This document shows positions 1 to 9,329 of a stretch of DNA of 64,000 bases, piece after piece. A program made the translations under genes and the position numbers. Numbering within the stretch: position 1 is the first letter of the stretch; each line of letters starts with the position of its first letter. The DNA lies in assembly GCA_017608625.1 (NCBI GenBank), contig JAFCFN010000002.1, positions 28,099 to 92,098 of the forward strand. The letters are read 5' to 3'. Under the pieces are notes generated by a model that was not told where the DNA came from, did not search any database, and saw only the letters and a program-made list of their open reading frames with translations. This DNA comes from Candidatus Woesearchaeota archaeon (GTDB taxonomy: Archaea; Nanobdellota; Nanobdellia; Woesearchaeales; JAFCFN01).

Positions 1-35
1 CAATTTCCTGCTGGTGCGATTAGTTCTGGTTTCAT
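1..35 (-). CDS. U32-family peptidase-like protein, 5' end only (runs off window)
   Basis: Minus strand reads ATG AAA CCA GAA CTA ATC GCA CCA GCA GGA AAT = MKPELIAPAGN, the typical U32 N-terminus; only 11 codons visible. Confidence 0.7.
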   Translation of the reverse strand, partial: MKPELIAPAGN

Positions 36-116
36 GGTCTTTAAGAAAGAGATTTATTTTATAAAGCTTACCAAGAATCCGTAAGATTTATAAAATAATC
101 ATCACTCCACAATAGT

Positions 117-536
117 ATGAGGGGGTTAAAAGCTTTGTTAATAGGTATGGGAATGTTAACATATACTTCTTTATATTCTCAAGACATATCTGAAAGATTA
201 AATAAAATTGCTGCAACAATAAGAAGCATAGGAATTAAATGCAACTATGCTCAAAAAATAAATGTAGATGGCAAAAATATAATTACAGCTTATTTACCTC
301 AAATCAGCCATAATAATAAATCATATCAGTATGACATAAGAATATCATCAATGAATACAGTTGAAAGCTGCTATGTTGATGTCACAGATCTTAAACACAA
401 AGAAATAAAAAGATTTTTTTGGAATAGTGATGGTGCTAAAGAGTTCAAAAATGGAAGTTGGACATCTGTAAGTACAACTACTATTTCTGGATTAGTTGAG
501 CATTTAGAAAACAGATATAATATAAAAAAGAAATAA
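117..536 (+). CDS. Hypothetical protein with probable signal peptide
   Basis: 139-aa ORF with hydrophobic N-terminus; no family recognised. Confidence 0.6.
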   Translation: MRGLKALLIGMGMLTYTSLYSQDISERLNKIAATIRSIGIKCNYAQKINVDGKNIITAYLPQISHNNKSYQYDIRISSMNTVESCYVDVTDLKHKEIKRFFWNSDGAKEFKNGSWTSVSTTTISGLVEHLENRYNIKKK

Positions 537-1166
537 TCAGATATCTTTAATATTAATTATATTAGAGGAATAATCAGCTAATCTTGGACATGCTGTGTTA
601 ACCCAACAGTCTATAAAAGGGTAATTTTCTAAATCAGTTAGATCAATTGTGTCTGCTATAAAAACATAGCATTGTTTGTTCTTTAATTTTTTCTTTAATT
701 CAAATGCCTTTTTCAAATTTTCTTGGCCAGGTTTTGTGCTAACTAAAATGCCAATTGTTTTTGCTGAATGAAATTTTATCAATGCTGTTTTTTTCTTTGC
801 TTTTAGTTTTTTAATATCTGCTTCATTTACTTTGCTAACATTCCCACTTAAAGGATTTGCTATAATAACATCTTTGTTTGTAGCTAATTTAACACCAATT
901 GGGTGGAAATAACCAGAGCCAATATAGAGAAATGCATCAATTTTTTTTGCTATTTTTTCTGCTGATTTTACATTACAACCAAGGATTTGTCCTCCAATTA
1001 ATGCTTTTTTATTGTTTTTCTCTAAAAAAGATTTTACTTTTAATAATTGATCAAGAAATTGGATTGTGCTAATTAAGCCGATGTTTTTTGGAAGTAGTTT
1101 TAGAGCCTTTGCTACAACAGGCATTACATCCTGCTTGCTTTTTGCTGGAATAAATAAAGTTTTCAT
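537..1166 (-). CDS. dph2: Diphthamide biosynthesis protein Dph2, N-terminally short form
   Basis: GQILGC, GSGYFHP, GILVSTKPGQ and NTACPR motifs; 209 aa. Confidence 0.9.
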   Translation of the reverse strand: MKTLFIPAKSKQDVMPVVAKALKLLPKNIGLISTIQFLDQLLKVKSFLEKNNKKALIGGQILGCNVKSAEKIAKKIDAFLYIGSGYFHPIGVKLATNKDVIIANPLSGNVSKVNEADIKKLKAKKKTALIKFHSAKTIGILVSTKPGQENLKKAFELKKKLKNKQCYVFIADTIDLTDLENYPFIDCWVNTACPRLADYSSNIINIKDI

Positions 1167-1221
1167 CCAAATGTTTTAACAGAAAGATAGCTTTTTATAG
1201 TTTACTGTATTACTAGTAAAT

Positions 1222-1728
1222 ATGCCATTAGAAGAGTGTATGTTTTGCCAAATTGGAGCTGGCAAAATAAAATCAATAACAGTTTATGAGGATACTAAAT
1301 GTAGAGCTATACTAGACATCAATCCAGCTAATCCTGGCCATGTTTTGTTAATACCGAAAGAACATCATGTTGTTTGGCAACTGATGCCTGATGACCTGGT
1401 AAGTCATTTGGCTTTGGTTAGCAGAGACATCTCTAAAGTAATGCTTTCTGTATTAGGTGTTAAAGGAGTGAATATTTATATGGCAAATGGAGAAGCAGCA
1501 GGGCAAAAGGCACCTCACTTTATTATGCACATAATTCCTAGGCAGGAAGGAGATGAAATTAACTTTATGTGGCAACCAAAAAAACTATCAGAAGATGAGA
1601 TGAAAGTAATTGGTTTAAAACTGGCAGAAGGGATGAAAAAGTTTGTAAAACAAGAAGAAAAACCAGTTATCAAAGAAGAGAAAAAAGAAGAGATCTCTGA
1701 AGAAGAACTGCCAAAGAGAATGCCTTGA
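1222..1728 (+). CDS. HIT family hydrolase
   Basis: CMFC, NPANPGHVLLIPK and HFIMHIIPR (HIT-like) motifs. Confidence 0.9.
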   Translation: MPLEECMFCQIGAGKIKSITVYEDTKCRAILDINPANPGHVLLIPKEHHVVWQLMPDDLVSHLALVSRDISKVMLSVLGVKGVNIYMANGEAAGQKAPHFIMHIIPRQEGDEINFMWQPKKLSEDEMKVIGLKLAEGMKKFVKQEEKPVIKEEKKEEISEEELPKRMP

Positions 1729-2018
1729 TTAAAATTATCTCTTAAAATTTCTTAATTGTTTATGATTTTAATTGGTATTTTGAGATTGGCTTTGGAAAAC
1801 TTGGTGAAGGCTGATAATTTAATTGATAAAGGGTTGTTTTTTCTGATTTAAATCTCTGCATTATTTCTCTTAAATTAACTGCACTTAGTTCTTTTATGAA
1901 TTCTTCGAGTGTTTTTTCTCCAAATCTCTTTTTAAGTTGGTCTTCTACTTCTTGATGTGATGCTTGGTATTTGCCCTATTTTTAATAAAGACAAATGGAT
2001 TATATAAAAATTTTTGTA

Positions 2019-2861
2019 TTATAGCAATAACAAAAACAAATTACCATAAATCAAAGTTAGAATAAAAGCAATTAAAAAACTAGGAACAAATGGGATTCCT
2101 TGTTTTATTAAGACCTTTTTGACATTCAGCCTGATTAATTGTTTAATCTGTTTTTTACTAATGCCAAGGTCTTTTGGACCAACAATTCTTTTTCCTTTAA
2201 CAATAATATCTTTTACTACCCAGTCACCTTCTGTTAGTTTGGAAACAGGAACAAACTTAAACATACAACCTGTTTCAACTGCTTTAACAAATAACCAAAT
2301 ATAAAACATTACAAAAGTAATGAAAGCCAAAACAATAAAACCTAATCTTAAAGATGGTTCAAAAAAGAATGATACTGTTATTAAAACCAAAACTAATAGT
2401 AACATTGCTCTTTTTGTAGCATTGATAGTTTTCTTTTTCAGAAGTTGTTTTAGTTTTTTTAGTAACCTTCCTGGATATAAGAACGCCAAAACAATAGAAT
2501 AAAGAATTGCATAAATAGCTCCTACTAATAGAACATTGATTATAAATGAAATTAAAAATGTGTCTACACTAAATTCTAGTCCAATTAATGCTCCCAAGCC
2601 CATCAATAGTTTACTATCTCCTCCACCCCACTGGCCTGTGTAAAACAAAATATAAGCTAATATCAAAAATACAGTAAATCCAGCCGCACCATAAACAAAA
2701 AACATGATATCAGAATAAATAATTGAGTACAATCCCCTAATCCCTAATCCAATAAAAATTAAAGAATAGGTTACCCAATTTGGAACTTCTCTTGTTTTTA
2801 TGTCAGTTATTGTTGCAATAACCAATGCTATTAAGATTATTATTGCTATCAGTGGTTCCAT
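2019..2861 (-). CDS. A24 family prepilin/prearchaellin peptidase
   Basis: TDIKTREVPN and GGGDSKLL aspartate motifs, multiple TM segments, C-terminal IPFVPSF. Confidence 0.9.
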   Translation of the reverse strand: MEPLIAIIILIALVIATITDIKTREVPNWVTYSLIFIGLGIRGLYSIIYSDIMFFVYGAAGFTVFLILAYILFYTGQWGGGDSKLLMGLGALIGLEFSVDTFLISFIINVLLVGAIYAILYSIVLAFLYPGRLLKKLKQLLKKKTINATKRAMLLLVLVLITVSFFFEPSLRLGFIVLAFITFVMFYIWLFVKAVETGCMFKFVPVSKLTEGDWVVKDIIVKGKRIVGPKDLGISKKQIKQLIRLNVKKVLIKQGIPFVPSFLIAFILTLIYGNLFLLLL

Positions 2862-2914
2862 TTTACTATCAAAGAATAAGAAACTTTATAAATATTGTTG
2901 TATAAAGTAAAGAT

Positions 2915-3577
2915 ATGAAACTCAAACATATAGCGTTAACAATGGTTGGCAATAGAGAATGGGCTAAAAGGCATAAAACTGATTTAGCTCGTGCATATAA
3001 AAAATCATTTCAAAATCTTAAATCAATAATTAAACAGCAGGTAAAGCTGAACATACCAATTATGACAGTTTATTTATTGCCTTCAAAAGTTAAAGATCCT
3101 GAGCAATTGTTTGTTTTGGTTGATTCTTTGATTACTTTTTTTAATGATTTAATTGAAAGCAATATTTTACAAAATAATATGATAAAAGTAAGTATCCTTG
3201 GTAAATGGTATGACTTACCTAGTAGAATAGTTGAGCCTGTTAAGGAGATTGTTAATTTAACAAAAGAATATGATCATTTCTTTTTGAATTTTTGTTTGAA
3301 TTATGAGGGTCAAGAAGAAATAGTTGATGCGTGTAAATTAATAGCAAGACAGGTTAAAGCAGAAAAAATAGATCCAGAAGCAATTAATAAACAGATGATT
3401 AAAGAAAATTTATATTCATCTTATTTTATTCCTCCTGATTTGATAATAGCAACTGGAAGAGAAAGGAAATTTAACTCTTTTTTATTATGGGATTCTGCTT
3501 ACTCTAGTTTTTATTTTCCTAGGCTATTATTTCCTGACTTCACAGCCAAGGAATTTGTGAAGATTGTTAAAAAGTAG
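2915..3577 (+). CDS. cis-prenyltransferase (UppS-like), catalytic motifs degenerate
   Basis: HIALTMVGNREWA, NFCLNYEGQEEI, PPDLII and FLLWDSAYS..F..LFPDF align to UppS regions. Confidence 0.85.
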   Translation: MKLKHIALTMVGNREWAKRHKTDLARAYKKSFQNLKSIIKQQVKLNIPIMTVYLLPSKVKDPEQLFVLVDSLITFFNDLIESNILQNNMIKVSILGKWYDLPSRIVEPVKEIVNLTKEYDHFFLNFCLNYEGQEEIVDACKLIARQVKAEKIDPEAINKQMIKENLYSSYFIPPDLIIATGRERKFNSFLLWDSAYSSFYFPRLLFPDFTAKEFVKIVKK

Positions 3578-3691
3578 AAATTAGAAACCTTTTTAAACCC
3601 TAAACTTTTTCTAATTACTGTAAGGAGAAAGGAGAAGAGGAAGAATGTGCTATTTTCTCCAAATAAATAGGTTATTTAGGGTTTAAAAGTT

Positions 3692-4042
3692 ATGAAAAAA
3701 GCAGTTTTGCCAAGTTTAAGAGAAAAAAAAAGATATTTGGCCTTTGAAATTATCTCTCAATATAAATTTGACTTTATGACAGTTAAAAATGCTATACTAT
3801 CCAGCTGTCAACTATTTTTAGGGCAGCTAGGAATGGCTAAAGCAGGCATTATTGTATTAGCAGATAATTTTGATAATAAAAAACAAAAAGGTTTAATAAG
3901 GGTTAACAATAAATATATAAATGAACTAAAAGCATCCTTGGCTTTAATCAATAAAATAAATAATAAAAATATAATAATCAAAAGCCTGGGTGTTTCAGGT
4001 ATACTAAAAAAAGCTTATGACAAATATATAAAAGGAGGTTAA
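3692..4042 (+). CDS. rnp2: RNase P protein Rpp14/Pop5
   Basis: LPSLREKKRYLAFEI and GVSGILKKA motifs; upstream of psmA. Confidence 0.9.
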   Translation: MKKAVLPSLREKKRYLAFEIISQYKFDFMTVKNAILSSCQLFLGQLGMAKAGIIVLADNFDNKKQKGLIRVNNKYINELKASLALINKINNKNIIIKSLGVSGILKKAYDKYIKGG

Positions 4043-4044
4043 AA

Positions 4045-4782
4045 ATGGTTGAAGAAGCACCATCTCATCAATTAATGGGTTATGATAGAGCAATTACTAT
4101 GTTCTCACCAGAAGGAAGATTGTTACAAGTAGAGTATGCTAAAAAAACAGTTAGACAAGGCAGTACTGCAATTGGTGTTGTTTGTAAAGATGGAGTTTTA
4201 TTGGTTTCTGATAAAAGAATTCTGGAAAAATTGGTTGTTCCAGAAGCAATTGAAAAGATATGGCAGATAGATGATCACATAGGAGCAACAGCAGCAGGGA
4301 TACTTTCAGATGCAAGAGTATTAATAGAAAGGGCTCAGCTAAAAGCTCAACAGCATAAAGTAACTTATGATAGTCCGGTAGATGTATTAAGTATTGTTAA
4401 GGATATTTGTGATATAAAACAGATTTGCACACAAAGTGGAGGATTAAGACCTTTTGGTGTAAGCATACTGATTGCAGGAGTTGATCAAACAGGACCAAAG
4501 TTGTTTGAAACAGATCCTACCGGAATATTTTTCCAGTTCAAAGCAACTGCAATTGGAGAGGGTGAAACAGAAATAGTTGACATATTGAATAAAAAGTATA
4601 AAGAGAATATGACGATTGAAGAGGCTTTGAAGTTATGCATCTGGGCATTAGCAAGAGTTGTTCCTGATAAATTCAGTGCAGAAAGAATTGATACTGCTTA
4701 TATAAAAATAGATGAAAAACAGTTCAAAAAATTTAGTAAAGAGAAAATAGAAAAGATCGTAAAAGAAGTAAAGAAAAAATAA
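4045..4782 (+). CDS. psmA: Proteasome subunit alpha
   Basis: GYDRAITMFSPEGRLLQVEYA signature; SD GGAGGT upstream. Confidence 0.98.
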   Translation: MVEEAPSHQLMGYDRAITMFSPEGRLLQVEYAKKTVRQGSTAIGVVCKDGVLLVSDKRILEKLVVPEAIEKIWQIDDHIGATAAGILSDARVLIERAQLKAQQHKVTYDSPVDVLSIVKDICDIKQICTQSGGLRPFGVSILIAGVDQTGPKLFETDPTGIFFQFKATAIGEGETEIVDILNKKYKENMTIEEALKLCIWALARVVPDKFSAERIDTAYIKIDEKQFKKFSKEKIEKIVKEVKKK

Positions 4783-4783
4783 A

Positions 4784-5485
4784 ATGCAAAGAGTACATGA
4801 TAAAGAAAAGACTAAACTAACAGTAGCTAGATTAAAAAAAGATGGAGAAAATTTTGAAGTAAGTGTTGATTCAGAAGCTGCAATTAGGTTTAAGAAAGGT
4901 TTAGGGGATTTCAGTGAGGTTCTTAAAAATGAGAATATTTGGGCTAATGCAAAAAAAGGTCAGCTTGCATCTGAAAAAAAATTAAGAGCTGTTTTTAAAA
5001 CAGATGACAAAATTGAGATTGCTAAAACAATAGTAAAAGAAGGAGAAATACAACTAACAGCAGAATACAGAGCTAAGCAATTAGAAGAGAAAAAAAAGAG
5101 AATTATAGAAACAATTCATAGAAATGCTATTGACCCAAGAACAAATGCAGCTATTCCTATAACAAGACTTGAAAATGCATTTAAAGAAGCAAAAGTAAGG
5201 ATTGATGAGAGACCAATTGACCAACAGATGCAAGACATAATAAATAAATTGAGACCTGTTCTTCCGATAAGGTTTGAAATAAAAAAGATACAAGCTGTTA
5301 TTCCTGCTCAATATGCAGTAAAAAGTTATCATATCTTAAAAACATATAAAATATTGGAAGAAGAGTGGCAGAATGATGGTAGTTTAAAGGTAAGTATTGA
5401 GCTGCCGTCTGCTATGCAAAATGATTTTTTTGATAAAATAAATAGTGCAACACATGGCAGTGTTGAGACAAAGGAGATAAAATAA
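4784..5485 (+). CDS. Ribosome maturation factor SBDS/Sdo1
   Basis: ARLKKDGENFEV, GEIQLTAEYR and NAIDPRT motifs; conserved synteny. Confidence 0.95.
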   Translation: MQRVHDKEKTKLTVARLKKDGENFEVSVDSEAAIRFKKGLGDFSEVLKNENIWANAKKGQLASEKKLRAVFKTDDKIEIAKTIVKEGEIQLTAEYRAKQLEEKKKRIIETIHRNAIDPRTNAAIPITRLENAFKEAKVRIDERPIDQQMQDIINKLRPVLPIRFEIKKIQAVIPAQYAVKSYHILKTYKILEEEWQNDGSLKVSIELPSAMQNDFFDKINSATHGSVETKEIK

Positions 5486-5546
5486 AAGTAGGCTTTTTCT
5501 TTCTTTTAGAAAAAGAAAGAAAAATCCCACACGGCAAAAAGAAAGA

Positions 5547-5587
5547 AAAGGGGACTAAGCGAACAAACAAGCAATGTCGCCTAAACG
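5547..5587 (+). repeat. Structured dispersed repeat, family A, copy 3 (core)
   Basis: AAAGGGGACTAAGCGAACAAACAAGCAATGTCGCCTAAACG closely matches the core of the copies at 11243-11308 and 25704-25777. Confidence 0.85.
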
Positions 5588-5622
5588 ATCAACCCGTTTG
5601 TGGGTTGTGGAGATAAAATAAA

Positions 5623-6318
5623 ATGGGAAAATTACTAGTTAAGGAAAAAGAAGTTGTAGTTCCTGGAGAGGATCTGGCAGAAGGTATGGATCTTTTACCA
5701 GGCGAAGGCTGTTATAGAGATGAAAACAAAATAGTTGCTGCAAGATTGGGATTGGTTAAAGTAGGTGGCAGATTAATAAAATTAATACCTCTATCAGGAA
5801 AATATCTACCAAAGAAAAATGATGTTATTATTGGTAAAATAACAGAAATAACATTAATGGGATGGAGAGTTGATACTAATTCTGCTTATCCTGCAATGTT
5901 GTCTTTAAGAGATGCAACATCAGAGTATATAGCAAAAGGAGCTAATTTATCGCAATATTACGCAATAGGAGATTACATTGTTGCCAAAATAACTAATGTT
6001 ACATCTCAAAATCTAGTTGATTTAACAACAAAAGGTCCTGGATTACATAAACTAAAAGGTGGCAGAATAATCTCTGTTCAACCTACAAAAGTGCCAAGAA
6101 TAATTGGAAAAGCAGGGAGCATGGTTAATATGATAAAAAAAGCAACTAACTCAAAAATAATTGTTGGCCAAAATGGTCTAGTATGGATTCAAGCTGAGCC
6201 GAAAATGGAGTTGATTGCTGTTGAGGCAATAAGAATGATAGAAAAATATGCTCATGTTGAAGGTTTAACAGACAAAGTAAAAGAGTTTTTAGACAAAGCA
6301 ATTAAAGGTGGGAGATAA
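5623..6318 (+). CDS. rrp4: Exosome RNA-binding subunit Rrp4
   Basis: VVVPGEDLA; S1 and KH domains (VPRIIGKAGSM). Confidence 0.96.
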   Translation: MGKLLVKEKEVVVPGEDLAEGMDLLPGEGCYRDENKIVAARLGLVKVGGRLIKLIPLSGKYLPKKNDVIIGKITEITLMGWRVDTNSAYPAMLSLRDATSEYIAKGANLSQYYAIGDYIVAKITNVTSQNLVDLTTKGPGLHKLKGGRIISVQPTKVPRIIGKAGSMVNMIKKATNSKIIVGQNGLVWIQAEPKMELIAVEAIRMIEKYAHVEGLTDKVKEFLDKAIKGGR

Positions 6319-6319
6319 G

Positions 6320-7018
6320 ATGTCATACAAAAGAAAAGATAGAGCATTAGATGAACCTAGAGCTATAGAAGCAAAGGTTGGTGTAATCAAAAGAGCTGAT
6401 GGATCTGCAATGTTTAAGATAGGTAAAACAACAGCTTATGCTGCTGTTTATGGACCTCGAAATATATATCCTAGATTTTTAGCTGATCCTACAAAAGGTA
6501 TTTTAAGAGCTTCTTATGCAATGATGCCTTTTGCAGGTGTTGGAGAGAGGGTAAGACCTGGACCGAATAGAAGAAGTAGAGAAATAGCTTTAGTGACTGA
6601 GCAGGCTTTACTGCCAGTTCTTGATTTATCAGAGTTTCCAAATTCTGTTATTGATGTTATAGTTGAGCTTCCTCAAACAGACGCTGGAACAAGATGTGCT
6701 GGAATATGTGCAGCTGCAATGGCACTAGCTGATGCTGGTTTAACAATGAAAGATTTAGTAGCAGCTGTTGCTGTTGGTTGCATAGATGGAACACCTATTG
6801 TTGATTTGAGTAAGGAGGAGGAAGATTATGAAGGAGAAGTTGCTGATATTCCTATTGCTGTTTTGCCAAGAAGTGGTAAGATTTCATTATTGCAACTGGA
6901 TGGAGAGATTGATAAAGAGAATTTAATGAAGGCGATTGAAATGGGTAAAAAAGTTTGCAGAAAGATTTATCAGATTCAGAAAGCAGCACTCAAGAAAAAA
7001 TATGAGGTGACAAAATGA
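6320..7018 (+). CDS. rrp41: Exosome core subunit Rrp41
   Basis: RNase PH fold (RADGSA, DAGTRCAGI); start moved to ATG 6320 just after the rrp4 stop. Confidence 0.96.
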   Translation: MSYKRKDRALDEPRAIEAKVGVIKRADGSAMFKIGKTTAYAAVYGPRNIYPRFLADPTKGILRASYAMMPFAGVGERVRPGPNRRSREIALVTEQALLPVLDLSEFPNSVIDVIVELPQTDAGTRCAGICAAAMALADAGLTMKDLVAAVAVGCIDGTPIVDLSKEEEDYEGEVADIPIAVLPRSGKISLLQLDGEIDKENLMKAIEMGKKVCRKIYQIQKAALKKKYEVTK

Positions 7019-7794
7019 ACTACAGAGAAGCAAAAGAGCATATAGAAGGTTTGTTGAATCAAGGAATAAGGTTAGATGGTAGAAAGTTAACTGAGTATAG
7101 AAAACCGATTAAAGTAGAACCTGGTTTTATAGAAACAGCAGAAGGTTCTGCAAGAGTAATCATAGGGGAAACAGAGGTTATTGTTGGAGTAAAGATGGCT
7201 GTTGAAGAACCTTACCCAGACACTCCTGATCAAGGTAATTTAATGGTTGGTGCAGAGTTAACACCTTTATCAAATCCTGAGTTTGAGTCAGGACCTCCTG
7301 GAATACAAGCAATTGAGCTTGCAAGGGTTATTGATAGAGGTATTAGGGAAAGTAAAATGATTGACTCAAAAAAATTATGTATTAAAAAAGGAGAGAAAGT
7401 TTGGGCTGTTATGATTGATATAAGCCCTATAAATGATGCAGGTAATTTATTTGATGCTGGTGCTTTAGGAGCAATAGCTGCTTTGAAAAGCACAAGATTT
7501 CCTGAGTATGATGGAGAAAAAGTAAATTATAAAAAACATACAAACAAAAAGTTACCTTTAAATAAAATCCCAATATCTGTTACTGTACATAAAATAGGTG
7601 AACATTTAATTATTGATCCTCTGACAGAGGAAGAGAATGTAAGTGATGCAAGATTAACAGTAGTGGTAAGAGATGATGGAAAAATTTGCGCTTTACAAAA
7701 AGGAGGAAGCATGCCTTTAAGTTCAGAGGAATTAGATTCTATGCTTAAGTTGGGTGCTGAAAAAAGTAAAGAATTAAGAAAATTTATTGAATAA
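7015..7794 (+). CDS. rrp42: Exosome core subunit Rrp42
   Basis: GIRLDGRKLTEYR, TAEGSARV and ELARVIDRGIRES motifs. Confidence 0.96.
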   Translation: MNYREAKEHIEGLLNQGIRLDGRKLTEYRKPIKVEPGFIETAEGSARVIIGETEVIVGVKMAVEEPYPDTPDQGNLMVGAELTPLSNPEFESGPPGIQAIELARVIDRGIRESKMIDSKKLCIKKGEKVWAVMIDISPINDAGNLFDAGALGAIAALKSTRFPEYDGEKVNYKKHTNKKLPLNKIPISVTVHKIGEHLIIDPLTEEENVSDARLTVVVRDDGKICALQKGGSMPLSSEELDSMLKLGAEKSKELRKFIE

Positions 7795-7814
7795 GTTGTA
7801 AAAGGAGGTAAAGC

Positions 7815-8021
7815 ATGGTTGAGAAATACACAAAATATGAAAAAGCAAGAATAATTGGTGCAAGAGCATTGCAGATAGCAATGGGTGCTCCTTATCTAAT
7901 AAAACTTAGCAAGGAGGATTTGGAGAAAATAAAGTTTAATCCTATTGAAATTGCAAAAATGGAATTTGAGGAAGATGTAATCCCTATTACTGTTAAAAGA
8001 CCTTTACCTAAACGCAGTTAG
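7815..8021 (+). CDS. rpoK: RNA polymerase subunit K (Rpo6)
   Basis: [21 protein letters not shown] signature. Confidence 0.97.
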   Translation: MVEKYTKYEKARIIGARALQIAMGAPYLIKLSKEDLEKIKFNPIEIAKMEFEEDVIPITVKRPLPKRS

Positions 8022-8023
8022 TT

Positions 8024-8632
8024 TTAGTTTAACAAAGGAGTTATAAGAGGAGCAATTCTTAAGAAATATACTAAGTTAACACCTAAATGAAAAAATGAAT
8101 TAACAACTGGTTTGAATTCTATATTTCCATATAAGTAATTTATACCAAGACCAAGTCCAAAATAGGCTAGCGATACAAAAACTCCTATTGAAGATATCGG
8201 AAGTGAAAAAAGAGTCGAGATATAAGCAAGACCTATGATCAGTATATAATAAGGCAAACCAAGCGGGTCAATTATTCCTACTACAAAAAATGATGGAATG
8301 ATATCTGCCAAAAATATAAAAACAAGCATATATGAAAAACCATAGTAATTGATTATCAAAACTGAGAGAAAAAAGATAGGAGAAAAGTCAAAAGGAATAT
8401 CAAAACGAGAGATATATTTTAATACAATGTACTTTATATAACCACCTATGATAATTAGAAAAATAAATACTGTCAACTTTTTCCAAAACAAAAAAGCAAA
8501 AGAGAATATGGCTAAACAAAGAACATATTTACCTAATTTTATTTTGTTTTGATCTATGTAATTTTTTAGATTGTTTGTCCACTGAAGTATGCTCTTACCT
8601 ACAAAATGCTTGGAATTTTCAAAGGATGACAT
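8024..8632 (-). CDS. Hypothetical multi-pass membrane protein
   Basis: 202-aa ORF with several hydrophobic segments. Confidence 0.65.
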   Translation of the reverse strand: MSSFENSKHFVGKSILQWTNNLKNYIDQNKIKLGKYVLCLAIFSFAFLFWKKLTVFIFLIIIGGYIKYIVLKYISRFDIPFDFSPIFFLSVLIINYYGFSYMLVFIFLADIIPSFFVVGIIDPLGLPYYILIIGLAYISTLFSLPISSIGVFVSLAYFGLGLGINYLYGNIEFKPVVNSFFHLGVNLVYFLRIAPLITPLLN

Positions 8633-8712
8633 AGTTTAAATCTAATTTATACTTTTTATTCAAATTGGCTAATGCAGAAACATTAATAAATGAATTATAT
8701 AAATATTTTGTT

Positions 8713-8994
8713 ATGAGAATCATTAGCAAAAAAAGACTAGAAAAAGAGTTTAAAGTTACAGGAGCTGCTTTGGAAAGTATTGAAATTATTGCTAGAGGTG
8801 AAATGAAGAAAAAGGCAGAAGAATGTCTTGACATGGCTAAGAGGTATCATAATGATGCAGAGCACTTTAAAGCTAAAGGTGATTTTGCTAGTGCATTTGG
8901 TGCTTTAAATTATGCTCATGGATGGCTTGATGCAGGAGTAAGATTAGGTGTTTTTAAGGTTTTGAAGAATAAAGAGTATTTCACCATTGATTAA
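8713..8994 (+). CDS. DUF357 family protein
   Basis: MAKRYHNDAEHF..GDFASAFGALNYAHGWLDAGVRLG motif; start uncertain (8665 or 8713). Confidence 0.85.
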   Translation: MRIISKKRLEKEFKVTGAALESIEIIARGEMKKKAEECLDMAKRYHNDAEHFKAKGDFASAFGALNYAHGWLDAGVRLGVFKVLKNKEYFTID

Positions 8995-9329
8995 GGATCC
9001 ACAATTCTCAGGTTTTTCATGTTCTTGCTGCTATTCCAATAACCGGCCTCCACTAGCAGATCAGTATTTTCTGATTCTAAGATTTTGGCAAGAATTGTAT
9101 TTTCTCCAATATCATGCTTTGCTTTAGCTCTGTGATGACCATCTAATATATAAGAAAAACCACTTTGTTTGTCTTTAACTGCAAGGATTTCTTCCATATC
9201 TTGCATGTTTTTGTATTTTTCATAGATTTTTTTATAAATAAATGCTCTTGTGGGCAAAAGATCTTTTATGGGAATCATTGTATAATATATTCTTCCACCA
9301 TATTTTTTTAACATATCTTCTAAAATCAT
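8991..9329 (-). CDS. ParB/sulfiredoxin-like domain protein
   Basis: YILDGHHRAKA motif; ATGA overlap with the cbf5 stop. Confidence 0.75.
   Translation of the reverse strand: MILEDMLKKYGGRIYYTMIPIKDLLPTRAFIYKKIYEKYKNMQDMEEILAVKDKQSGFSYILDGHHRAKAKHDIGENTILAKILESENTDLLVEAGYWNSSKNMKNLRIVDP

Noticed and set aside
1760-1975. 71-codon open frame on the minus strand (GKYQASHQEVEDQLKKRFGEKTLEEFIKELS...)
   Set aside because: Protein-like, but no start codon near its 5' end and two in-frame stops just upstream; cannot be called without a homology search
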